From the NCBI GenBank assembly GCA_026025075.1, contig JAPEUI010000051.1, positions 62,001-117,128 on the forward strand: a stretch of DNA of 55,128 nt, in the 5' to 3' direction. The notes beneath the pieces were generated by a model. That model searched no databases. It saw nothing but the letters and a program-made list of their open reading frames with translations, and had not been told where the DNA came from. Shown here piece by piece: positions 13,245 through 26,900 of the stretch. Source of the DNA: Vezdaea acicularis. Its lineage: Eukaryota. The position numbers were made by a program, and so were the translations under genes. Every line of letters begins with the position of its first letter. The stretch's first letter is position 1.

Positions 13245-15249
13245 ATGACCGTCATGATGCCCACGGGGGCCACGGAAGTCCCGGATGCGGGATTGCGGAG
13301 TGTGGTTCATTGTGAGCACTCAAATTAGCGCGTGCAAGACTGTTCTTTGGTCACCTTGCCATTCGTTCAGTATGGGTATAACACAGGAAGGGCTAATACT
13401 GCCTTCAATTTCTTCAGACAAACGTAGACTCCCTCCATGGCGGCATAGGTTGCGAGAGAGGTGTCTCCCGCTGATCCGGTGGGAGACACCATACCTTGCC
13501 AAAATACAACAAGCACTTCGGACACCTGCACTTGATTCTTACTTTGCAATCACAGCAAATTTGGGCACACATACATTCTTCATGGTCGCTCTACCTGTTC
13601 TGTTCTGGTTCGGATATACGGCCATGGCTAGAGCGTGCGTCTTTGCTACCTAATTATTTTGTCAATGGCTGACTTACTACTGCTTAGAATGATACACATC
13701 CTGGCATTAGGAGTATTCTTTACTGGATTCATCAAGGATATGCTGTGCCTCCCGAGACCTCTCTCGCCACCCCTTCGGCGCATAACCATGTCAGGCTCTG
13801 CCGCATTGGAGTACGGATTCCCTTCTACACACACAACTAACGCCGTTTCTGTTGCCTTTTACGTTGTTCAGGTCCTTCGTTCCTCAGAATCTACGCTCAA
13901 TCCAAACACGAGCGTCATACTGGAGTCACTGACGTACCTTTATGTTGTCACTATCATTGTGGGAAGAATATACTGTGGTATGCATGGCTTTGCAGACGTA
14001 ATTGTTGGAGGTACACTCGGGGCCGCTATCTCATATCTTCAGTGGATATTTGGCGAACGAATAGACGAGTACTTATATTCCGGATCTTCTGTGGCGCCCA
14101 TACTAGCCACGTTAGTGACTATCGTCCTGGTTCGCATACATCCAGAACCTGCAGACGACTGCCCATGTTTTGATGACGGTGTTGCATTTGCCGGAGTTCT
14201 GATTGGATGCGAGCTTGGCTGTTGGCATTACGCTACCAGCGGCTGGGCATGGGATACTCCGGCGCCTGCCACAGTGCCATTTCTTATCGATGAGATGGGC
14301 TGGCCTAAAGCTATACTTCGTGTAGCGATTGGTATATTAGCCATATTCGTATGGAGAGGGGTTATGAAGCCGTCACTCTTACGAGTATTACCACCAGTGT
14401 TCAGGATTATCGAAAGAATGGGGTTGAATCTGCCTCGACGCTTCTTCGTTCAAGCTTCGTAAGCCAGCATTCTCTTCCTGCTATCCTCAGACTGACAGGT
14501 TTAGTGAATACAATAAGGTTCCAGCTCAAATCAAGGATGACAACGTCATTCCCTCTGTTTCAGAGCTTCCAGCATTGATCACTTCAATGCGACACCCCAG
14601 ACGGAGGGCAGTTTCTGTCGGACCTCAGTCAGCTGCAGATGCTTATGAAGCCCTTGCACATAGAGATAAAGTACGCCGGGAAAGCGTCTCTAAAAGCGCG
14701 ATGGCTAGTCCGGCAAAGCTACCTACGGATTCTCCCAGCGCCCCAGGGGACTATTTCACTCTTCAAGTCACTGGGCCAGAGACTCGCGCGAGCTCTGAAT
14801 TTTCCTCCGTTCCACCCACGCCTCCCCTCTCAAAAGTAGCTTCCTCTGACCAACTAGTTGATCATGGATCATCTGTATATACACCTTTAACGTCCTCAAG
14901 TGAGGCTCCATCAACTTCCAATTTTGTAATACGAGATGCGGAGAGAAAACAAGATGAGAAAGAAGAGCGAGAGATCTTCTCGAAGCTTGAAAAGCCCCGA
15001 GTGCGGTACGATGTCGAAGTAGTTACGAAATTAATAGTATATTCTGGTATGTTTCGTTTGATCACAATCTGCCTAGGTTGGTTCATACTAAGATAACTTT
15101 TGAATGTAGGTATTTGCTGGATAGCAGTGGAAGGTGGCCCTTTATTATTCGAGCTGTTGGGTCTTGGAATGCCAAAGCATTATCCTTAAAAATCAGCTGG
15201 GCTGGTTTACCACTTTGCTATTGTAACTAGACTACATGTAAATAGATGC
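13245..15249 (+). CDS. LCB3: Dihydrosphingosine-1-phosphate phosphatase (PAP2 family, Lcb3/Ysr3-like)
   Basis: PAP2 motifs KDMLCLPRP, EYGFPSTH and GRIYCGMH; conserved DDCPCFDD and PRVRYDVEVVTKLIVYSG. Four introns. Confidence 0.88.
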
Positions 15250-15766
15250 TCGACGAGAAGTATCTAAATTCCTAGTCAACAATTCGCCATGAATATAATG
15301 CTTTCCTACATATACTCATAGCTTCTTGAATATTAGGTAAAAGGAGGAACCCATCCGTTTGAACTTGGAGTCTTCCTTCCCTAATACAATGATGCAGTCT
15401 TGTGATCTCTCCTATCTTACTATTGCTACAAAGTACTTACGCATGGTGGCCAGTAACGCCGTGACGCTATGCTGTGAATAGATGCTGACAGTCTACAGCA
15501 TCTTCAAGACTCCATAAAACCACAGGCCGCATAAAATTACCATACTTTTGTTTTAACAATGTGGCTCATGTGGTCTGAAAAGCCACTCCCCCTTTTCAAG
15601 CTTCCTGTTCGCCGCAAGAATTTCTCTCCACCCTTCGCTGGCCTGAGTCAAGCTTTGGGCGACGTAAACTTTCTCGCTGGTATGGCCATTAGTGGAGAAA
15701 TCGGTTCCCACCATGCCTCAGCTCATAAACCCTTGACCGCTAACCACAGACAATTACCGCTCCGTA

Positions 15767-16561
15767 TCATAAGGCTCGCAGCCCTCTCCATTTGAATTTC
15801 TTGTTCGCCCTTTCTGCTGGTCTTGCAACCATCATATCACCATGTATCTCAACCACGACCTTCTCCAGTACTCCCTCTCTGGCACTTGTGTTTACTTCGG
15901 CTTCGTCTCTTTTCTCTTTGTCTAGAAGAGGGATCTCCACTCTAAAGACGCACTCTTTCTTCCCGAGAACTTTCGCCCCGCCCTTCTTTGCCCCATCGGC
16001 TTTAGTGACGATCACTACGCTCTCTCTTCCCTCCCTTAAAACCATTCCACACAATCCCACCTGACTCACGCACTTACTCTGTGCCACGGTGAGAACCATG
16101 CCATGCCAGTCAGCAGCAGCAATCTTCGCCCCCGCATCATCCTTGTTCAGTCCTCTCGTTATATTCCCGTTCAGCCCTAAAACCTCTCTTATATACCCAA
16201 ACCACAGCGTTCTTAAGGAACGATACAGCTCCCACTTCTGCTCTTCCTTGGGGATGTGGAACAGCCCCATTTCCCGCTTGTCCTTTGCGGACAGTCGCAA
16301 AGGGCGGCCATCATTTTCTGATGCGCGAGTTTTTCGTTTCGTAGTTCGCAGCGAGCGGGCTTTCAAGGAGCGCAGATGCCGGCGTTCGGCGCGTGGGTCG
16401 AGTTGTGGAGGCCGTTGGAGAGCAAGTGGTTTGTCTTTCACTTTGGTGAGATAAATATTTGCCGCGGTAGTAGGAGAGTGCTGCCGCTGTAGGAGCTTTT
16501 CAGCGAAGGCGACGGATGAATTCGGTGAAAGGTACAATTTTTTCTGTATTTTTTGCTCCAT
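15767..16561 (-). CDS. POP4: RNase P/MRP subunit Pop4 (Rpp29)
   Basis: Intronless 264-aa ORF: LWFGYIREVL, ADWHGMVLTVAQSKCVSQVGLCGMVL, EIHG...RPAERANKKFK. Confidence 0.9.
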   Translation of the reverse strand: MEQKIQKKLYLSPNSSVAFAEKLLQRQHSPTTAANIYLTKVKDKPLALQRPPQLDPRAERRHLRSLKARSLRTTKRKTRASENDGRPLRLSAKDKREMGLFHIPKEEQKWELYRSLRTLWFGYIREVLGLNGNITRGLNKDDAGAKIAAADWHGMVLTVAQSKCVSQVGLCGMVLREGRESVVIVTKADGAKKGGAKVLGKKECVFRVEIPLLDKEKRDEAEVNTSAREGVLEKVVVEIHGDMMVARPAERANKKFKWRGLRAL

Positions 16562-17626
16562 GTTCAGGACGATAAGACCAGATTGGCTAGTGCCAAATAG
16601 AAAGGTGTAAAATCACTCCGAGGAAAGAGGGGGATGTTCCCAATGATTGTCGATCGTAAGAACGCGAGGGGTCGTCCGAGAGTTTGGCAACGTAACTGAG
16701 CCTCGTTACATCCCACCAGGATCCTACGTGTGTACCTTAAGTCACAGATCCGTGCAGTAAGCTTATTACTACTATCAAAAAAGAAGTTTATGCGTCAGAT
16801 TCGCGAGGCGGAAAGCCCGCAAGGTCTGTTATGTCTAGGGACAACATTTCGAAGTCCATAACGTATCGCAAACTTCAGTAATCGTGCTTATTGGTCATGA
16901 AGAGGTCCTTAAGATGCGCCTACATAATACAAACGCTTAGAGACCTCTCGCCTCGGCGCTCGAGGTTAGTGGCTCACTGTGTGTCCAATATTACGGTGGT
17001 TACGAGGTTCGGAACCTTAAGTCATCATCATGTCCTTAAGCTTTCAATCATGATTATTGCTTCATTCTTTTATGAGAGCGATTTCTTCACTCGTTTCCCT
17101 ACGCGACTACCTTCTCTACATGCGCTGTAGGGACGGAACCCCCCACTTATGTCTCACAAGCTCGGCATTGCTTACCATGGTTTCAGCTCCTGTGCCTCAA
17201 AGGGTAAAAGCACTTCATGACGAGGCCACCTAGAGGCGCCTTGCCATGTGGTTGAGCCTAGTCTTCCTTGACGATATTTCTTCCGGAAAGTCTCAGAGTC
17301 CATTCAATGAAGCACGTGGGTTACTCTTTGAAGCAGTTTCCTGACAGTGTCTCAATTATAGCGCATGCTTGGGTTCAACAACGGTTTGTGCGTGCGCTAC
17401 CGCAATTGGTCCTCGGATCCTACCAGCAGTTGGCGATAGCTTCTCCTTCGCAATCACAGCAAGCTACTGCACAGTTAGGTATCGCAGTTCAACGATTCCA
17501 TGGCCCCTGGACAAGTTTTACCGTTCACTCGGCTATCCTATATCCAGTATATATCTCATGTATATCCCGTCATTTCAACCATTCTATCCCTGAATATGAA
17601 GCTCGAGATACAAGGAGCTTCCTTCA

Positions 17627-19271
17627 ATGACTACTAAAATGCAAGACTCTCTTTGTTCTCTTGCTTTCCTGTTTTGCTGTCTGTCAAGAGTCCTTGCAGC
17701 TCCCCAAGCTGTAACCTTGAGCCCGCCGTTGAACCCGGCCAACCACTCTTCCACGAAGAATACAAATCCATTAACATTCTCTCTTTCAAATAGTACTAAT
17801 ATAACAGCACAAGCGTCGAGCTTGAAATGTCGAGACACGACTGTCTTACATCCTGAGTGCTGGGACATACTTAATCTCACCGAATATGTCCGTGAGTATT
17901 GGAATCGTAGCTCGGATACTTGCGCCCGGGAGTATGATGGGAGCTTTTCCCGTTGCTTTATGTCCTCCCTACATTACTATGAACAAGATTGCACTGGTAT
18001 CAAGCCTGACAGCTGTACCTCCGCCTTTTCGAAGCTCAACCTATCTGCTGAGGAGTATTACATCGCTTGGAACATATACGCCATCGCTACCTTTTTCACT
18101 GACTATTGGCAAGCCCTTGAAACGGCGAATGGTACGTCCTAATAGTCCCACATCAGTCTAGAACCACACTGACTGGCACACAATCACAGGCCTCGCCTCG
18201 AAAAAAATCGACGCAATCACTGGGGTAATCAACCCACCACTGGATACAAGCACCCCCCTCGACTCAGTCCTGCTTGCGCTGCAAGCAGCCTTTTCTTTCG
18301 TTATACTAGACACAAAGCCCATTGAAAAAGCTATTCAATCTTCGCCCTCAGTAGGCACCGTCATCTACCCGCCTGGTTCTTCAGACTCTCGATTTATTCA
18401 ACTTGGGCAAATAAAGGAGCAGTTATCCGACCTGATCAATGGCTATCAGCATAACGTCAGTGACGCAATTGCCAATATAGAGAACGATGTAGATATTTTC
18501 ATAAACTTTGCCAGTTCGGGTTCCTTCAACAGCGACCTTCCAAGCATGCAAAACCAATCCGATACCATTCTCCAGGCACTTATGACTATGGTAGTCTCCC
18601 TCTCACTAAAAGCCAACAAAATCATTGTCACCCGATCCATCGGCATCGATCCTCGCCAGCTCGAGCGCGAGTACGCAGATACTACCTACGGCCTTGCCTA
18701 TAACTTGGGCTGCCAGGACTACAATGCTCTTGGTATGTGCGGACCTTGGTGGTATGACGCTAGTACGAACACCACCTATTCCCTGGACAACCTTGATCAC
18801 ATGGACAGAGACTACACGGATCTTTTGGGCACTATCTTCACCAATTACACAACACCCGAACTCCTCTTCGCAGGCGCGAGCCACTGTCATGATAGTATCC
18901 TAGCCAAAACCCCGTCGCCGTCCTATGACATAACTGCTATCGATTCAGCAGCTGTTACTGACACGCCCCAAGTCACGTACTCAGTTTCGCGCCATCGTAG
19001 AGATACCTCAACCACGCCTGGCGCCGTTCAAGGCATTGACTCAAATGGGATTGAGACTTCTTGTATCAGCGCGGTGGACGTTTGCACGTATAACATGACA
19101 TGCTCCCCGGACGTGTATTGCGAGTTTACAGATTGCCCCATGCAGAGTAATTTTGGGAATGCTGGGTGCCCATATAATGCGGATGGAAGCCTTGAGACTG
19201 TCAATGTTCCCTTCGCCTATCTTGGGCCGTGGCTATGGGGTGCGACGGCGGACACTATAGTCTGCCGATAG
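17627..19271 (+). CDS. Secreted Cys-rich hypothetical protein
   Basis: Signal-peptide-like N terminus (SLAFLFCCLSRVLAAP). One intron at about 18132-18189 (GTACGT...ACTGAC...CAG) joins ORF 17627 to a frame open through 19271. Many N-glycosylation sequons and Cys. Confidence 0.78.
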
Positions 19272-19581
19272 TCAGAGGCTTGCTGTCTAGAAGAGTATAT
19301 TTGAACAAGGTAATAATTCATCGTGAAGAGGTACTTGAGACGAGAGTGATGAGAGTAACATAAGGTCTTCTCTCTATCCGGCTCCATGGGATAGCTGCAG
19401 ACTCTTACTCGCACTGTATTCCTCATCGTACGGTGCATGCTTAGGAAAGTATTCAGAGGGAAAATATGATATTTAGACAGCGTCAAGATATATTTGTCAT
19501 TTCATTCTGGTTAATATACATTGGCTACTCTCTCAAAGCAAAAATACAAGAATTTTTTAGTTCGCAAGTGAACAATTTGTC

Positions 19582-21351
19582 TCATCCAAACATAGCATCT
19601 CCAAGGCGAATGGTCACACTCTTCGTCTGAGTATAATTGGCCAGCGCCGCCTCGCCCAACTCACGGCCTATACCGCTTTCCTTGAATCCGCCGAAAGGTA
19701 TCTGGTGGTGGAGCAAGTTGTAGCAATTGACCCAGACGGTCCCAGCCTTAAGTGCATTCGAGACGCGAATAGCGGTGTTCAAGCTGCTAGTGTGCACAGC
19801 AGCGGCAAGACCATAAGTCGTATTGTTCCCAACGTGGATCGCATCTTCCTCAGTCTTGAACTTCGCAATGGAGCAGACAGGGCCAAAGATCTCCTCCTGC
19901 ATAATCTTCATGTCCTCCGTAACATTCGAGAAGATGGTGGGCTGGATGAAGTATCCCTGCTTGCCCTCGCGCTCGCCACCGATCTCAACCTTGGCGCCGG
20001 CCTTCTTTCCGGCATCGATATAGCTCATGATGCGATCAAACTGCAGCTGGCTGACCTGCGGGCCCTGGAAGGTGTCGCCCGCGAACGGATCCCCGACCTT
20101 GTTCTGGAGCGCACGCTTCTTGAAGGCTTCTACGAACTTGTCGTAAATGCCCTCTTGCACGTAGATACGCGAGCCGGCGCAGCAGCATTGCCCATGGTTG
20201 AAGAAAATGCCGAAGTTCACCCAGGAGATCGCATTCTCGATGTTGGCGTCATTGAAGACAATATTGGGAGACTTGCCGCCGAGCTCGAGCGTTACCTTCT
20301 TGAGATTAGATGACGCGGCGGACTTCATGATCTGCCGGCCAACAATGGTGGAGCCAGTGAAGGCGACCTTATCGATGTCCATATGCGAGGAAATGGCTGC
20401 GCCGGCAATTTTGCCAAAGCCGGAAAGGATGTTGATGACACCAGGAGGAAAACCGGCTTCCTTGACCAATTTGGCGGCGTATAAGGCGGAAAGGGGCGTC
20501 TGTTCGGCGGTCTTCAGGACAACAGTGTTACCAGTAGCGATTGCGGGGCCGATTTTCCACGCCCACATAAGAAGTGGGAAGTTCCATGGAATGATTTGGC
20601 CACAGACCCCGATCTGTACACTTGTTAGTGATAGGATAATTGGCATCTTTAGAGACTGAGAGGACGCATACAGGTTCTTGTCTAGTGTAACTGAACATCT
20701 CATGGTTCGTATCAAGGACAGAGCCTGTGATCTTGTCTGCCCATCCGCCATAGTACCTCAGGCAGCCAGCTACCATTGAAACATCAACCTTCGCCATGCT
20801 AATGGCCTTGCCATTGTCAAGGGCTTCTATCGCAGCGAGTTGCTCGGCATCTCTCTCAACCAGGTCCGCTAGCTTCACAAGGTACCTTCCTCGCTGCTCT
20901 GGTGTTGTTTGCCTCCACTCTCCATTGAATGCCTTCCGTGCGGCCGCGACCGCGATGTCGACATCCTTCTCGGTGGCTTCTTCAACGGCTACAATCGGCT
21001 TCTCGGTGCTGATATATTGTGTTAGGTCGCATGCACTAAGCTCGCGCGGGATTAGAATACGAACGCTGGGTTGATCTGATGGAGTCTTAGCCTAATTAAC
21101 TTCGATTGGTATCATTGGTAGCACCTACAGTTTCAAATGTCTTCCCATCTACCCCTTTGACAAATTCATTGTTGATGAACCTATTGCACTGTTAGACTTT
21201 CAAAGTTATGACGTTGTGGCGAAAAGCCTCGGCTATGGATATGGCGGGGTATCATGGGGTACGCCCATTGCCGTGAGACTGCTAATACTTACAGGCCTGT
21301 GGGCTGCGTGTACTTTCCGCTATGCGGAGTATGGAGCTCTTTAGTGACCAT
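19582..21351 (-). CDS. aldA: NAD-dependent aldehyde dehydrogenase (AldA type)
   Basis: [37 protein letters not shown] (catalytic Cys), [20 protein letters not shown]. Start [19 protein letters not shown] with several 5' introns. Confidence 0.95.
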
Positions 21352-22881
21352 TACGAGGTTTGATGTTGTTTACGGAGAAATATGGTGGGTGTCTACTGTA
21401 GAAGGATATATAGTCCTAACTTGGGGATTCTACTAGACTAAATGCTCGGGTCAAATGGATTTATGGCCTGCTCTTTATGCAAAAGATCTACCTGCATACC
21501 GGCTCAACATGAGGGGCGACTTCATCGGCCCCACATCCGGCAAGGTTGTCACCGATGGAGGCAAATGCGTAAACGTGGGGTCCAAGATCAACGAATGAGG
21601 TGCATCTTTCGTACGGCCGAGGTCCTTAGGAATGCTCCAGTCTATGTGACTATGTTCGCACTAAAGTAGGCCGAGATGTGGCGCTGTTTGATTGTCATAA
21701 GTATGGCAAGGATAGAATCACTTTTGCGATGAGCTAAACCACTCCAAGTTCATCGAGTATGAATTACTTGCGAATGCGCGTAAAGCGAATCAACTTTTTT
21801 CTACAATTCGAAGACCGCGACAGACTCTATAGTAATAGGGGTGTTTCAATCTCTACTGAGGTCGGATATCTCGTCCCTTGAAACTACGGGTGCCGTCCGA
21901 TAAGCCGATTCCGCTGTCGTAGGTATTGTTCGTACCACCAGAGTTACACCCCATTACCCCGCAATACACTAGACTGTTGTGGGGAACGCACAACCTTCGA
22001 ACCGTCGTCCTACCGAAAGCGTCGTTTGCTAGGAGAAAGCCTCGGCTAGCTTGCCCTAGTAGCCTCAATTGAGCTCACATGGTCTCGAACATATCCGTTC
22101 CAGACACTCTTGATCTCGAGAGCCTTTTCCGTGGAGGCACATGCATGCTCAAGCTTCACTCCACCAATCGGCTTCATTCATCTCCGAGAGTCAGGCAGAT
22201 GCTATGAAGGACTTGTCGAGCAAGCTAGTGGCGCAAGAAATGCTATTGAGTGACACTCGTCAATCGTAGTTGGGCTAGGATTCGCTACTGATGTATGAAG
22301 AATCCTGAGCCTTCAAAGATCAGCCTCAAGGGACTCCAGAATAGATGTACTAATTGGAGAACTGTTGAGGTTTCTGTGTGTGTGACGATGTATCTCACCT
22401 TCAAACCGCACTTCTCAGTGACCTGCCAGAATGGACTGATCTCGAATAACAGTCTGCGGGTGAGCGGATCTTCGTCAATATTTAGACTAGATCGATTCCC
22501 TCTGTGCCAGTCGTATACCCTGTCAACCATGTTTATTTAATCCACAGAGGGAGGTTGGCAAGGAGATAATTCTGGCAATAGTATAAAATGGGGGGTTGCA
22601 AAGAAAAGGGCTGAGATATAGAAATGTAAAGTAATAGAAAGTCAAGATCATTGAAATCTTGATTAGTTGGCTTTGGACACTTGAAAGCTAAGACCATGGC
22701 TTTCCTCACAGGAGTGGCTAAGTATGAGCGTCATCGTACGCGAGATGGGCCAGTGTTGCTCGATACAGATTGTTGTGATGATTTCTTGGAATTGGCTGGA
22801 GGTAATACAAGCTATGGCCGATGCCCCTTCCTTAGTACATCACGAACCAAATTAAGCCCTCGCATTCTAGGCCTTTCTACT

Positions 22882-23448
22882 CTACTTGCCCTTTTGCTTG
22901 ATCTCGCGGCCTTTTGCAATCCTCTCTAAAATACTTTCACGATCCTTGTCGAGCTTTAATTTCGTTACAGTGATCTTCGAAGGGTGTACGCCGATAGGAA
23001 CTGATTGGCCGTTGGACTTCTCGCGGGATACGCGCTCAATGTGTACGACATATTTGAGACGATAAACTGATGTGACCTTTCCCTCTCGCCCTTTGTTCGT
23101 CCCTCGAGTGATGAGCACTTCATCGTCCTTCCGAATGGGAATCGAGCGAACCTATAGAAGGATAGTATTAGCTCTAAGTGCATTGATACCCATGACGATA
23201 TCGTCCGGCAACTAGATATTTATCAATGAGGTTGTAATTCCATACATTGTGCTTCTCTCTTAATTCCTTGCTAAGCGGAGCACTCATAATGGTTCTTCGA
23301 ACGCTTGAGGGAGCCCCATGATGAGCCTTTCGGGATTTTCTCCGCGACGAGTGCAGGGCTGGAACAACGAGCATTAGTTATCATAAACTTATGGAAGACG
23401 TGCAAGATTCCTAGACTAATGAAGCTTACCATTGTTTATTTTTGTCAT
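22882..23448 (-). CDS. RPL26: 60S ribosomal protein L26 (uL24)
   Basis: MTKINN/..[74 protein letters not shown]. Two introns. Confidence 0.97.
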
Positions 23449-23937
23449 GGCGAGAGACCTGGGTTCAAGCCTTCGCAGGTAATCTGATTCCGAGATGCGG
23501 GAGTTGAGAATCTTTGAGCTTCAAACATAGCGAGACTTTTGTGGGATGTGCAAGGCGAAGTCTTGGCGTTAGGGTTCAGTTTTAATTGGTTTCCGTAGCG
23601 AGTGGCGCTAGCAGGGGCCGCGGTACGTTTAGTTATTATCCGCGGTCTGGAGTCTTTCGCAGATGGACTTCACTTGTTGAAAGATGAAAGTTTTGGCTAA
23701 GGCGGCAAAGGAGAACCCATAGATGTGAATCGCACTGTCTGTTGTCATGCTGTCTTGGCGTATCTTCAGTCTTTTGATAGGTTTTTGACTATCTGCGCGA
23801 AGAGAAGCAGTGAAGATTGCTCCAGCATATCACTAGAGATCAATTGAGGTGAGTGTGACGATCACGATGCGTCTATGGTCGGCCTAGCTTAATATAGCGA
23901 ATATGTAGGTTTCCTCTCTTCCTTGCGGTGCCGTAGC
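23449..23937. promoter_or_regulatory. Divergent promoter between RPL26 and the C2H2 gene
   Basis: Head-to-head genes. Contains TTAGGG (23569) and the inverted repeat TAGCG-N5-CGCTA (23596-23610). Confidence 0.55.
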
Positions 23938-26900
23938 ATGTCCAACGGGTACAACTATTTGTACTACCAGCAAACGGACCGTCATCAAGCCTCACAGTCA
24001 GCTCAAGCTTTAACTCAGGGCTCAACCTCAGCTTGCTTTCCATCTCAACAAGAACCCTCTTCGAACCGACCGCAGAGCTTAAGCGCCTTAGAAGCTTTTG
24101 AGCGAAGTCAGTATGCTTCGGCGCGCTCGATGAAGAATACCTTGCCAGAACACAGGCGCGACTGGTATAATAACTCTCAGAATGAGAGCGCGAGCTCTGA
24201 TGTTGGAGGCTCACTAGGTCTTTCAGGAAACCAAGAAAGAGTAACTTCGCGACCTCCGGATGGGCGTACTTACGATACGTCAGCTTTAGGAAACCTGGCT
24301 CACGCTTCTGGTCTAGACTTCAATGGTACAAGTACACACCTTGGACAGTCCAGACCCGCGCCTTCTACTTCGCAGTACGCGCTATCTGACGCCAATCTCC
24401 AGAACTCGGAGTCCTTGAGTCAGGATCAAGGTGGTGCGTCGTCCAAGAGGTACTGGCCTTCGCGAATGGACGCCACGAATTCTGGCGTATCTTCGATGGT
24501 TTCGAACTACAATCAACCGCCCAGCGCTTCTCTTGTTTCCAATGCACGACATTCGTCTCCCTACACCAAAGAAAGGGCTCATTCTCGTCATCAATCCAGC
24601 TCGAGCGGTGGTACATACAAGCGAGGGGGACCATCATCGGCATCAGCTTCTTCCACCTATAACCAACATCATCAATATGGCGCCCAAACCACTTTAGCTC
24701 ATGGAAATCTTGAAGTAGGACGAAGCAACGTGAGAACTCCTACTATAAATACTTCAAATCACAGACGACCCTCTGCACAAAAATACTCCCAGCCTGCAAA
24801 TTTGGATTCTCCTGCTCTGCAAGACCCCCATGCATCTAAATCTTCAATGCGGTTTGCCTTTCACACGGATCCAGGGGCTAGTGGCTTATCTCAAGGAGCT
24901 CGGCAGGTCCAACAGCACTCACCAGAGCCGTTGACAAGCCAAAGGACTTCAAACAATAATATTCAGCCTCAACAATCTAGTGCGCTCGACCATTTAGAAC
25001 CACAAAATAGCTCCCGTCCGATCCAACGGATTGCTACTCCAACGTACTATTCTCAACACCATCATGCGCAGCGTACCTCTTCGCCATCACAATCCAGCAC
25101 AACCCAGCGTGACGAACAGCAGCCGAACCCTGTTACGGTAGATCCAAGCCAAGTCTATAATCCATATCACGAATATGAGAGGCAAGTACAAGCAGGCCAA
25201 GCTCTTGCAGCGCGAAGAACTGTTGAGCAGGCTGCTATGATCCCTGAACGGGCCCAAGAGATCAACCAAACTCAGACAGTTACTGCTCCTCTTCCACAAG
25301 ACCAGCCAGCGGAAGAGACATCTTCAATGGCCACTAAAAAGAACGGAAAGTCAAGGCCACTACGGCAATCCAAAAGTATGAAGAAGAAAGGCACTAGTAG
25401 TATCAATAATGAAGTACAAACGGCTACAGCTGAAATCAAGGGCCTTGATGCCTCAATCGTCCAACATGAGAGTGACCTTGCGACGATGGAGGCTGAGATG
25501 AAAGAAATGGTTGAGAAAATGCGAAAATACTCGACGCAGAATCCCGAAATGTTCTTGCAAGTCTGGGGGCAAGTTAAGCGTACTGTGTGTAAGCTCCAGC
25601 CAATTCAAAGATATATTCCTAAGTTTATACTAAGGGCTCGCAAAATACTACTCCTCAACCACCGCTCCCAAAGTCATTGGTTTCAGAGCAGCCTCCGACC
25701 CAAAGCCCTGTTCAGCAGACCACTCCCTCTGTTGAACCGCAGAGAAAGCGCAAGAGAAGTAATAAGACCCGAGACCAGCGACATCAATCGAACCTACAAA
25801 GGCCGCAATATGAATCTGGACAGCTCAATCCCGTCAACGCAACATCGGAAACTCGTCCCGATATGCTGCAGATAACTCAGGCCGATGAATCCCAGAGCCA
25901 GCCTTTAAACGTAGTTAGTCCGGGCGTAGGCTCTCAAGCCCGTGCAGGTCCTGTTAAGAATGTCCAGGGAGAAACCAAAACAGTCCAAGTTACGAGTCGG
26001 CCGGATGTCAAAATGGAAAGCTTAGCCACCGCTGCTCTCGTCCATTTGAGATCCATGGACGGGAACACGGAAAAGATAGTGGACAAAGAGAAGTTCCTTG
26101 GACTCTTAGCAAGTAACCCGACGTACGTCGGGTTGTGTGAAGCCCTAGAAAGGCTAGGACTACTCTTCGACAGAGGAAAGCTCGCAAGAGCACTATTGAC
26201 AGCTGTTCCAGACGCAAATTCTACGGCTAGACGGATATCACAAGAGATAAATCTGACACTAACCCAGGCTCCGCCGCATCTACATGAAAATCAACCTATA
26301 GTTACAGCAGCAACTGAAACCAATCACTCAACTCAATCTGCGAATCCGGTTGCAGCGAGTTCAAACAGCCCGTTGCCAAACTCTGGACAGAAACGAGTAG
26401 TTGGAACATATAATGGCGGCACTCCCGCAGCTTTAGAGGCAGAAGCTAGCGATGCTTCAGCAGATAAGGTAAGAGTTTCACCAACAACTCAGCCGCCAGA
26501 CCAGGACGCAATTTCAGCAAGCAATGAGCCTCAGCCTAAAGTCCCTGCTGTGCCTCAAGTACAAAGATTACAAAACAGCCCGACGGCGCCAGCGCATACG
26601 ATTCCTCCAAGCTTACAAACTCCTCCTCTGTTTACTCAGCAAAGCAGAGAAACAATAGCCCGCTTTATTCCCCCACGACACTTTCCACCTCCACCGCCGT
26701 ATTATTTTCCAGCAAATGGAGTTCCTCCTTTCAATCAAAGTGCTTCGAAGCTAGGCATCAATTCTCATCATTCTCATCATCCTCATTCTCAGGTACCACA
26801 TGCGCCTATTGGGTCACCGTTTGCGGATGGTGCTAAGATCTCGCTTAATCACAACGGCGATATGCCGACCACAGCAAACCCTTCTTTCACTCACACAAAC

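Noticed and set aside
6986..15249. GDE1 and LCB3 as a lipid-phosphate gene cluster
   Set aside because: They are separated by unrelated DAD1 and RHO4 and act in different pathways; nothing suggests a functional cluster.
22285..22540. Short ORFs between aldA and RPL26
   Set aside because: A possible GTGAGA donor exists but the spliced product stops quickly and resembles nothing I recognise.
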